The notes under the pieces are model-generated. The model had not been told where the DNA came from and ran no database searches. It was given only the letters and a program-made list of their open reading frames with translations. This document shows positions 1 through 7,523 of a DNA stretch of 10,535 nt, in pieces. A program made the position numbers and the translations under genes. Source of the stretch: Candidatus Jordarchaeia archaeon (GTDB lineage: Archaea > Asgardarchaeota > Jordiarchaeia > Jordiarchaeales > Jordiarchaeaceae). Each line of letters opens with the position of its first letter. The stretch's first letter is position 1. Location of the stretch: NCBI GenBank assembly GCA_029856435.1, contig JAHQXB010000068.1, positions 1 to 10,535 on the forward strand, read 5' to 3'.

Positions 1-22
1 TGTATTTTTGGTTTGGCTCTTT

Positions 23-3000
23 TTAGTGGTCTGCTGTTTCTGTGGGTTTATTTTTTTGGGTTTCTTTTTTCTTTTGTTCTTGTGGGCTTTTTTCTGTTTC
101 TTCTTGTGGTTCTTGTGTTGTTTCTGTTTCTTTGGTTTTTTTGATTTCGATTTTTGTTTTGGCTTTTTTTTCCTCTTCTTCTTCGATGGTTTGTATGATT
201 GTGGTGCTGGTTTCGCTTGGTACGCCTAGGGATTCTAGGAGTTTTTCTCGTTGGGCTGGGGATGCTTTTTGCAATTCCTTTATTAGTGTGAGTGCTTCGT
301 TTTCTGTCATTCCTAATTCTACCAGTAGTGGCACTAGGCGGTCTGCAAGGGTAACGGGCATGTATGTTTTAACTTTGGGCTCTACGTCCACGACGCTTGT
401 TTCAATGAATAGAACTTTGGATATTACGCTGTCTCGTTGGATGGGTTTTACGTTGATTTTTTGTCCCCGGTTTATGGCTAGGATGAGTTCGTCGATTCTC
501 TTTATGATGGCGGGTATCCTTGCCCTCTTTACATAGGAGTACCCAGTCATTGCGCAGACGGGTATGGCTACTGCTAATACTATTACTAGGAATATGGTGA
601 AGGGTATGCGAATATTTATGAGGGGAATTAGCACGGTTCTCTCTTTGACCTGCAGGAGGAAGAATGACTGCTGCGACTCGTAGAGATTTGCACTTGCACT
701 TATCACTATGGGATAAGCTGAGGGAGCAAGGCCATATGTGGGAATAATTACTGCATAGTTACCGTTTCCCAGTGAAATTAGGGGCCATCCACCAGCGGAC
801 ACTGTGGCGTTAGGGATTGGTGACCCTCCACTGTCCACAAACTTGAAGAGGAATATGGCGGGAAAAACTATGCCGTTTTCGGTCTGCCCATAATTGCCCA
901 GGAAAAATACTGCGGGGTTATTTAAAGACGAGAGATACGAGGTGGAAGGGGACAAAACGGTGGGGATACCCTGAATAACTAGTTGAATCACCTTCGATGA
1001 ACTCGAGTAATTCTCCTTTGTGGAGGAAACTTCTATAATATAGTTTCCTGGCGGCATAGTCTGTGATGAGAGATATAGCTGGGTATAGTATGTGCCATTG
1101 CTTGCATCAGTGAGAAAACCACTAACTATTTGGGTGCCGGCGCTGGTCCAAACTGAGTAACTGACGGTTGCTCCAGTTACAAGTTCGTTGTTGTGGGTGT
1201 CGTTTAGTTGAACGCTGACTAGTAGGTACTCATTTACCGGGCTGGAAAGGAGGTTTTCGCCCTTTACCTCGACGGGGATTTCCATGATGTGAAGAGGAAT
1301 AAAGTCGACCAGTATTTCATAGTTGGGACTTTGGGCGGCTACCCTAAAAACATAAATTCCAGGTCTAAGCAATGTAGAGTCAAAACTTCCAGTCCAATTG
1401 CCGCTTCCAGAGGATATTAGGCTGCCGGAAACATCTTGCCGCCAAACGAAGTAGCTAACCGTTCCGGTGTAAATGGGAGTTCCATCAACTCTGTCTCTAT
1501 ATAGTACTGAGACTGGCAAAACGTCTCCATAGTAGCCCTCCACTATGGAGGAAATTAGCAATTCAGCTTGTGCCGGAGTAATCATCAACTGAGTATCAAC
1601 TGTATAAGTTGTATAGTTAGTGCTTGAAACAGTGATTCTCAAACCATAAGTAGCAGCCAGCAAATAAGCTTCAACGTCACCCGCAGGAATAGTGTAAGTG
1701 TAATTTCCGGGGGGAGAAGAATGAAGCAACTGTCCCGAAACAGATGTGCCAGTTATGGAAAAACTCACATTTGCATTAGTAACTGGAACACCAGACTCCG
1801 TATTAGTAACGTTGACCCACAGGGGAATGTCTGAGTGTTTCCAGTAATAGGTGCCAGAAAGCGAAGTGGCAGTTACACTAAAGGTCGCTGGCTGGACGAA
1901 CACAACTGTCTGGTTAGCCGCAGGTAAATAGTTGGTGGAGGGAGCTGAAGCATTAACGTAAATCTGGTACGTCACACCTCCGTAAAGTAGTGATGAAGGA
2001 ATATTTGCAATGTAGTGTATATTTGAGCTTGAAACCTGCGGTTCTAGGGTTTCAGGACCATACGCTAGTGTTCCGTTAATGTAGTACAGTGTCCAGTTCA
2101 GTGAACCTCCAACTACAGTTGTACTGAGGTTATTTTCACTTTGGTCTCGCCACCAGAGTGTAAGACTAACATTTGTTCCCCAAGTAACATTAAAGGAAGT
2201 TGTCGTGTTAAAAATTATATATGTGAATATATTGCTGCCGATGGGCTCCTCAAAGTACAATGGGGAATCTGACCGGCTATCGATGGAGATATTTAGGTAG
2301 GATGTTTCAAACTGTGTACCGTCATAGTAGAAAGCCTTGATACTGTAGTTTCCGATAACGCTTGACCTTTTTATGTGAAACTCGGCCCAGCCTGTTAAGT
2401 TAACAGGGCTTGAGTCAACCAACGCGCCTGTGGAGTTTAAAGTCAAATTAATGTACGCGTTTTGTATCGGCCGATCACCCGTATACTTTGTTTGGCACCA
2501 TAACGTGGTAATCTCACTAAATACTAAATTAATTATATCATTTGAAGTAATCGTACTAATGGTAGAGTTAGTGTAAAATTCGTAGCTTGTATTTCCGCTC
2601 CAAGTAGCATTGAAACTGTATTCTCTAGGCTCAAGATAGAATCTTGCGTAACCAGTGGAATTAGTAACTTTGCTATCCACATAAGTTGAACCACTATATA
2701 CTGTCACATTCGCATTTGCTAATTCGGCTCCGTCGTAGTCTGTTACATAAACATACACTGTGTAGTGGATGTATTCCTCGTCCACAATTGTAATGATTAG
2801 GGGTGCGCCTTCCCTGCCTAGGAAACTTATGCCGTCAGCAAAGGATTCAAAAGAGGAAAGGTTTCCCCCAACGTAAAAAGCGTATTTCTCATTTATATAG
2901 TGGCCAATTGTCAAGTTGACCGCCCAAGCCCTCTTCCACTCTTCTGGCGTGTAGCTTGTACCTCTCGTTATATAGTCCCAGCTTCTGCTATCAACACCAT

Positions 3001-4213
3001 TAATAGTGGGTAACATTAGATCCACAACACCAGCCAATTGACCATTGCTGGTAGAGTACAAAGCAAACCAGGAAGGTTCTCCCAAAAACTCCTCGCTAAT
3101 GAAGGGATCAAAGGTAGTTTTTGTAACTCCATACTTATAGGTCAAAGTAGTCAGCTGAGGATCAAATCTATAATTGTTGCCAACATAGTGTCCCAACTCC
3201 AGTATGCGTTTCCATCCACCTGGAAGATCGTATTCTACCCCAAAAACGAAATTGTAGGTAATGTTTATTTTAGTTTCAGTTATCCATCCCCAATTAAAGA
3301 ATCTGTAGGTGACATTGGCATAACCTGCTTCGTTTGGAGCGCCATTCCCTCCACTGGTTAGGGTTAGTTTGGTCAGTGTAGAGAACATTATGAAAAGGGG
3401 CCCTGCTTCTAATATTGAGGTGCTTTCAGCAGAGTGTCCTAAACCGGAACTATCGTATATCCATGTATCATACTTAACCTTGTTGCCCTTCTTTACAATG
3501 ACATCAATGTAGTATTGTGGACTCCAATGGAACTCATTGTCATAAGCCCAAGAGTTCCATGAACCTGTAGCATTGTTATATGAAAGGCATATTTTGCCTC
3601 CATTAGTTGAACTGTTAACTATTGCATAATAATTCTGTCCGGAGAAGTTCCAAACTCCACCACTCGGATTAGTATAACTTACTTCTGGAGTAAAATTGGG
3701 TGCAGAACCCGAATCATTATCATAGTATATGAAGTATGAAGCTACACTATTGGCAGACACGTTAACGTAAAAGGTAATTGTAAAACTGCTATAATGGTTT
3801 GCATCATAATCCGTGACATTCCAAATTTGGTACGGGATTCCGTCAGAAGTGCCTGGAAACCAAGTTCTACTGGTGCTGTTCCAGTACTGTACCCTCACTG
3901 TACCGTGGTGACAATGATCACCGGGGAATGTTATGAAAATGTCTACTGGTCGATTGACAATGGGAAATGGGCTAGCGGTGTTGTTGAAGATGACTTCCTG
4001 TCTGTACCTGTAACTGGTGTCCCACCACGAGGGGTAGTCTTCGCCTGTGGGATCGGCTTTGATTCCTATCGTTGGATGACTGTTGGAAGAGGCAGGTGTT
4101 GCGGGTACGAATGAGACGGGAGGGATGACTGTTACCATTAGGAATATTGAAATTAGGAAGATGGTTGATAGTATGAGGATTTTTTTTCTTCTATCCATGA
4201 AGTTTTTCCTCAC
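23..4213 (-). CDS. Large membrane-anchored cell-surface glycoprotein: N-terminal signal/anchor, DUF2341-like domain, multiple Ig-like beta-sandwich repeats, C-terminal TM helix and ~168-aa cytoplasmic tail
   Basis: 1396-aa open frame. Basic then hydrophobic N-terminus (RRKK-ILILSTIFLISIFLMVTV). DUF2341-like segment WWDTSYRYRQEVIF...ITFYVNVSANSVASYFIYYDN (~3715-4027). Recurrent units such as VTDYDGAELANANVTV, VTNTESGVPVTNANVSF, LNDTHNNELVTGATVSY, FVDSGGSPIPNATVS. Many N-x-S/T sequons. TM helix IPFTIFLVIVLAVAIPVCAMTGYSYV (aa ~1203-1228, nt 530-607), then KRAR and an E/K/T/Q-rich end. The track start at 4213 is GTG; ATG at 4198, preceded by GTGAGG, is at least as likely. Confidence 0.85.
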   Translation of the reverse strand: MRKNFMDRRKKILILSTIFLISIFLMVTVIPPVSFVPATPASSNSHPTIGIKADPTGEDYPSWWDTSYRYRQEVIFNNTASPFPIVNRPVDIFITFPGDHCHHGTVRVQYWNSTSRTWFPGTSDGIPYQIWNVTDYDANHYSSFTITFYVNVSANSVASYFIYYDNDSGSAPNFTPEVSYTNPSGGVWNFSGQNYYAIVNSSTNGGKICLSYNNATGSWNSWAYDNEFHWSPQYYIDVIVKKGNKVKYDTWIYDSSGLGHSAESTSILEAGPLFIMFSTLTKLTLTSGGNGAPNEAGYANVTYRFFNWGWITETKINITYNFVFGVEYDLPGGWKRILELGHYVGNNYRFDPQLTTLTYKYGVTKTTFDPFISEEFLGEPSWFALYSTSNGQLAGVVDLMLPTINGVDSRSWDYITRGTSYTPEEWKRAWAVNLTIGHYINEKYAFYVGGNLSSFESFADGISFLGREGAPLIITIVDEEYIHYTVYVYVTDYDGAELANANVTVYSGSTYVDSKVTNSTGYARFYLEPREYSFNATWSGNTSYEFYTNSTISTITSNDIINLVFSEITTLWCQTKYTGDRPIQNAYINLTLNSTGALVDSSPVNLTGWAEFHIKRSSVIGNYSIKAFYYDGTQFETSYLNISIDSRSDSPLYFEEPIGSNIFTYIIFNTTTSFNVTWGTNVSLTLWWRDQSENNLSTTVVGGSLNWTLYYINGTLAYGPETLEPQVSSSNIHYIANIPSSLLYGGVTYQIYVNASAPSTNYLPAANQTVVFVQPATFSVTATSLSGTYYWKHSDIPLWVNVTNTESGVPVTNANVSFSITGTSVSGQLLHSSPPGNYTYTIPAGDVEAYLLAATYGLRITVSSTNYTTYTVDTQLMITPAQAELLISSIVEGYYGDVLPVSVLYRDRVDGTPIYTGTVSYFVWRQDVSGSLISSGSGNWTGSFDSTLLRPGIYVFRVAAQSPNYEILVDFIPLHIMEIPVEVKGENLLSSPVNEYLLVSVQLNDTHNNELVTGATVSYSVWTSAGTQIVSGFLTDASNGTYYTQLYLSSQTMPPGNYIIEVSSTKENYSSSSKVIQLVIQGIPTVLSPSTSYLSSLNNPAVFFLGNYGQTENGIVFPAIFLFKFVDSGGSPIPNATVSAGGWPLISLGNGNYAVIIPTYGLAPSAYPIVISASANLYESQQSFFLLQVKERTVLIPLINIRIPFTIFLVIVLAVAIPVCAMTGYSYVKRARIPAIIKRIDELILAINRGQKINVKPIQRDSVISKVLFIETSVVDVEPKVKTYMPVTLADRLVPLLVELGMTENEALTLIKELQKASPAQREKLLESLGVPSETSTTIIQTIEEEEEKKAKTKIEIKKTKETETTQEPQEETEKSPQEQKKKETQKNKPTETADH

Positions 4214-4342
4214 TTATAGAAATTTTTTAAAGATTTGTTGAATTTTCTACGCTTTCCCTTGTTTCTCGTTGAGGATTTCTCAAATTTTTCGTAATTTTTT
4301 GAATTATTGACATTCTTATATATTTATTAGTGATGAGCTTCA

Positions 4343-4357
4343 TATTTATACCTTTTC
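4343..4357 (-). promoter_or_regulatory. Putative archaeal BRE + TATA box for the surface protein gene
   Basis: Minus strand reads GAAAAGG-TATAAATA, a purine-rich BRE directly followed by a near-consensus TATA box, 130-145 nt upstream of the start. A second TATA-like TATATAAG lies at 4315-4322. Confidence 0.55.
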
Positions 4358-4651
4358 AGTTATGAGAGGAGGATTTTCTGAATAAGTAATTTTTCAAAAT
4401 TTTGGGGTGAAACCAATTTTTATTCATTTCTTAAGTTTGAAGGATTAAAAACCAATTCAGCTGATAAAAACGGTTCCTCCCATTACTCCTTTTGGTACTA
4501 GTTTCTCCAGCTGTTTCTGCATGGATCTTTATAAGTTTGAATACCTTTTTTCAGGAGTGAATATGTTATTTAAATGTGACTCATTTTTGCGCGGCAACGT
4601 AAGATGTAAGGTTTTTAACTTGAGACGGCTTTTTCATTTTTGTGGTATAGT

Positions 4652-4923
4652 TTGGTATATAAGGCGAAAATTTCAAGCAAGGGTAAAATAGTGATTCCCA
4701 AAGAGATTAGGGAAAAGTATGGATATCGGAAAGACGTGGAAGTCCCCCTCAAACCTATAGATGAAACTAAATTATTGATCGAAAGGTCTCCCAGACTTGA
4801 ACTCTTCGGCTCTCTTGGGGAGGCTAAAGGTGCTGAAACTCTGTTCTAGGAACGGGAAAAGAGTTAAATTCGGAGGTTGAAAAGGAGGGGGCGCAAGAAC
4901 TCTCACGGCGGGAAGCAGGGTGA
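4652..4923 (+). pseudogene. AbrB/MazE/SpoVT-family antitoxin, probably disrupted at its C-terminus
   Basis: VYKAKISSKGKIVIPKEIREKYG matches the AbrB N-terminal signature (S-x-K-G-[Q]-I-x-I-P-x-x-x-R). Likely start is TTG 4652 (track uses 4640). The frame stops at TAG 4847-4849. Reading through it and adding one A to the run at 4857-4860 gives EREKELNSEVEKEGAQELSRREAG*, whose TGA (4921-4923) overlaps the next GTG start (GTGA coupling). Confidence 0.7.
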
Positions 4924-5101
4924 AGCGCCTCATATTTGATGATGGTCCTTTTCTGGTGATATTCACTGATGAAAAAGCAACGGAAGCTAGAGAAGCCATA
5001 TTAAAGCATGAGGGGGCGAATTAGAAATTTTCATACATCCCTACAATCTCGCTGAAGCCTACAAGTTGACATTCTTCACGACTGAAGTTCAATGTCATTA
5101 A
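4920..5101 (+). pseudogene. vapC: PIN-domain (VapC-type) toxin remnant, frameshifted and truncated; not in the ORF track
   Basis: GTG 4920 opens MKRLIFDDGPFLVIFTDEKATEAREAILKHEG, with the first PIN Asp after a hydrophobic strand. One extra G in the G5 run (5012-5016) continues GELEIFIHPYNLAEAYK, resembling the PIN N-L-A-E motif with the second acidic residue. PIN similarity ends near 5065 and this frame stops at 5099-5101, so the C-terminal half is missing. Confidence 0.7.
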
Positions 5102-5262
5102 GTTAAGGAGGGGGGTTATGTGGTATTGATCGATTCCGTCCAAAAAAGGGCCTTTCAATGGGGCGTTTTACTCCAGTTAGAACCCGGAAATGGTGGAAGA
5201 ATCAGGCGAAGCCGCACAACTACAGGAAGACAATAAAAGAATCCGGGCTTAATGACATTGGA

Positions 5263-6195
5263 CTAAAAGTCGTTGGCTTTCTCGCCAACAGCTTTGTAAC
5301 CTCTGGAGGTCTCTTCCACGATGCCTTTTGCTACTAGTCTTTCTAGTTGTTTTTGCATAGATATTCTTTCCATGAGTTTGAATGCTTCAACTGGTTCTGG
5401 AAATTTTCTGTATATGATTGCTTGGTTGACGATTTCTTCGAGTGTGTGCTCTTCTTTAAGGAAGTTTAACAATTTTTCCTCTCTCTGATAGATTATGTTT
5501 TGGTACCAGTTGAGTTTGCTTTTTATCAGGTCTTCTCCTCTGAAAATTTCTCCTTTATGGCTTGTGACTGCTATTTCAAGCTTTAATTTTTTTAGTTTCT
5601 CTATGGATGTGATGAAGTCGTCCACGTTGCAGTCTAATGCCCCGTACCATGGTCCGAAGGAGGTTAAATCTATGTCTGCCAGGAAGATGAGTTTCTCTTC
5701 GGGTATTAGGAAGCAGCAGTGGCCGTAGGAATGTCCCGGGGTGTGAATGACCTGCAACCTGTTTTTTCCTAGGTCGAAGACGTATCCGTCCTCGAATTCC
5801 AAGTCTACTCTCCCGTCTCGAAGATGCAGAACATCGTTTAGGATGTAGTCCATGAATGCCTCTGCGCCTGAACCCTTAAGACCGTATATTTCTTTCAACC
5901 GGTTAAGGTCTCTTATGGCTGGGGCGTCCAGTTTGTGGGCGCAAATCTTTCCCTCCTCAAAGTAACGGTTGCAGGCCACGTGGTCCTCGTGGCCGTGGGA
6001 ATTGATGACCAGGTCTACACTGTAGGTTTTGGCGGTTTTTTCGGCTAAGCTGGGTTCGAAGCCAGCATCTATTAGTGCAGTTAATTCGTCTTTTATGAGG
6101 AGGGAGTTAGCGTAGGGGTACTTTCCCTTGTTTTCTGCCTGAATGAAAATAATATTTTCGGTTAGGGGAACGTAGGGCAAGTCCATCGCCTTCAT
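5263..6195 (-). CDS. Metallo-beta-lactamase-fold hydrolase with a probable C-terminal winged-helix domain
   Basis: Motifs LIDAG, SHGHEDH (HxHxDH), HTPGHSYGH, FLADID and VTSH. The C-terminal TLEEIVN...MQKQLERLVAKGIVEETSRGY looks like a wHTH. Substrate cannot be determined. Confidence 0.88.
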   Translation of the reverse strand: MKAMDLPYVPLTENIIFIQAENKGKYPYANSLLIKDELTALIDAGFEPSLAEKTAKTYSVDLVINSHGHEDHVACNRYFEEGKICAHKLDAPAIRDLNRLKEIYGLKGSGAEAFMDYILNDVLHLRDGRVDLEFEDGYVFDLGKNRLQVIHTPGHSYGHCCFLIPEEKLIFLADIDLTSFGPWYGALDCNVDDFITSIEKLKKLKLEIAVTSHKGEIFRGEDLIKSKLNWYQNIIYQREEKLLNFLKEEHTLEEIVNQAIIYRKFPEPVEAFKLMERISMQKQLERLVAKGIVEETSRGYKAVGEKANDF

Positions 6196-6225
6196 TTATA
6201 GAGGCTTTGGTTTTCTGGAATTAGG

Positions 6226-6240
6226 TATTAAAACTTAATA
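6226..6240 (-). promoter_or_regulatory. TATA-like element within a small inverted repeat upstream of the MBL gene
   Basis: Minus strand TTTTAATA at 6233-6226, ~30 nt before ATG 6195 with no SD, which fits a near-leaderless transcript. It is embedded in TATTAA-aac-TTAATA. The arms are AT-only, so support is weak. Confidence 0.3.
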
Positions 6241-6406
6241 AATGATACGCTCACAAGGATGACGGTTTTCAATTAGTTTGATGCGAAAAACATTTCTATG
6301 ATTTGTATTGGGAAGTCAGTTTATGTATTTTTTAAGGGGGTTTTTATGAAATAGTTCTAAACGGGTCATGTTGAGAGGCGTGTTGAACCCAGAAATGGTT
6401 TGAGGC

Positions 6407-7315
6407 TTAGGTGTAGTCCACAACTGATCTTTGATTTTTCACTTTTTCTTGGAGGTGGGTTCGTAGTCTTTTTGCGTCTGGGCGCTCAATTATTTCTACT
6501 TTACCTGTTGAGTTGGTCAATGTGGCTTGGTTGTAATTTATCTTTTTTAATATGACATCTTTTAGTTCGAGGTCTATTTCGTAGCCCACGCTGTTTCTTT
6601 CCAATTCTTTTGCTACTTTTGTTGTGGTTCCTGAGCCTAAAAATGGGTCTAGAACTGTTTCTTCCACAAATGTGAACAGTTTTATCAGGCGTCTGGGTAT
6701 TTCTTCGGGGAAGGCGGCTATGCCCTTTTCCAGCCTATTTTCGAGGGGGAGAACGTTTGTGATTCTCCAGATTGCGAGATACCATTTTTCTGAGCTATAT
6801 TTCTTCAAGTCTATTTTTGAAGCTTCTAAGATTTTTGGGTCAAGGGTTTTAATGTAGGCGTAATCAAATTTGCCTTTTTGGAAAATTATGATGCTTTCTT
6901 GTATGTTGTCTGGATAGAAGTACATGGGGTATGGATGTTGCAGTACTACTCCGCTGCGTCTGCTAATTCTAATGTATCCTTCAGGCTTTTCCCAAACAAT
7001 TCGGTCTCTATACCGAAAGCCGGTTTCAATCATAATTCTGGTAATGTCTGAAACAACAGGGTATTTTTCACCCTTAACAAGCATGTCATCTGTAACGAAG
7101 GCTGCAATCCTTCCTGGTGCCAAGACTCTGTAAAGCTCTTTTGCAAAGGCTCTAATCAACTCGAGAAACTCTTCGTAGCTCTTGTAAAGGTCGGGATAGT
7201 CAAAGGGGGCATTGTAGTAGGGCGGAGACGTAACAACCAGGTGAATGGATTCATCTGGAATTTCATACATGTCTCTGCAATTTCCAAAGATAATTTTGTG
7301 CCATGTGGACATCAT
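6407..7315 (-). CDS. Site-specific DNA amino-methyltransferase, beta class (N6_N4_Mtase family), most likely m4C
   Basis: Motif IV VVTSPPY near the N-terminus and motif I VLDPFLGSGTT near the C-terminus (beta order). Also GYEID, WxIxNV and AAFPEEIPRRLIKLFT. SPPY is typical of N4-cytosine MTases but does not exclude m6A. Frame intact, 302 aa. Confidence 0.93.
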   Translation of the reverse strand: MMSTWHKIIFGNCRDMYEIPDESIHLVVTSPPYYNAPFDYPDLYKSYEEFLELIRAFAKELYRVLAPGRIAAFVTDDMLVKGEKYPVVSDITRIMIETGFRYRDRIVWEKPEGYIRISRRSGVVLQHPYPMYFYPDNIQESIIIFQKGKFDYAYIKTLDPKILEASKIDLKKYSSEKWYLAIWRITNVLPLENRLEKGIAAFPEEIPRRLIKLFTFVEETVLDPFLGSGTTTKVAKELERNSVGYEIDLELKDVILKKINYNQATLTNSTGKVEIIERPDAKRLRTHLQEKVKNQRSVVDYT

Positions 7316-7470
7316 TCTTTTACACCCAATTTTTTAGCGTATTCTTCAATCGCAGCATGAATAGCGTCAGTCTTCAGCACCCTAGCAGGAGTATTTGTAT
7401 TCTTGCGTAAGGCTTCAACTATTTTGTCAAGCAAATCCTTGGTTTTTTCTGAAACATATATCATGGGCAT
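7312..7470 (-). CDS. Small ribbon-helix-helix-like DNA-binding protein (52 aa), not in the ORF track
   Basis: MPMIYVSEKTKDLLDKIVEALRKNTNTPARVLKTDAIHAAIEEYAKKLGVKE*. A short N-terminal strand (MIYVS) is followed by two amphipathic helices. SD-like GAGGGATGA lies at 7482-7474. The stop TGA (7314-7312) overlaps both MTase ATGs (ATGATG). It fills the gap between two same-strand genes. Confidence 0.75.
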   Translation of the reverse strand: MPMIYVSEKTKDLLDKIVEALRKNTNTPARVLKTDAIHAAIEEYAKKLGVKE

Positions 7471-7483
7471 AGTTCATCCCTCT

Positions 7484-7513
7484 ACATATAATATGTGGTA
7501 ATAGTATTTAATA
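7484..7513 (-). promoter_or_regulatory. Putative internal promoter (TATA-like) plus palindromic operator upstream of the RHH-MTase pair
   Basis: Minus-strand TATTAAATA at 7513-7505. Inverted repeat ACATAT-A-ATATGT with perfect 6-bp arms at 7484-7496, between that box and the SD. Confidence 0.4.
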
Positions 7514-7523
7514 TTATCTAATA

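Noticed and set aside
26-190. T-rich quasi-periodic stretch as a tandem repeat or CRISPR-like array
   Set aside because: No fixed repeat unit or spacers; it is explained by low-complexity E/K/Q/T coding on the minus strand.
8-536. Plus-strand ORFs 8..229 (Phe/Cys-rich) and 42..536
   Set aside because: Antisense shadows of the Glu/Lys-rich tail of the large minus-strand gene; the composition is what reverse-complemented GAA/AAA codons give.
3038-4114. Plus-strand ORFs 3038..3361 and 3794..4114
   Set aside because: Fully antisense to the 1396-aa gene, with no recognisable motifs.
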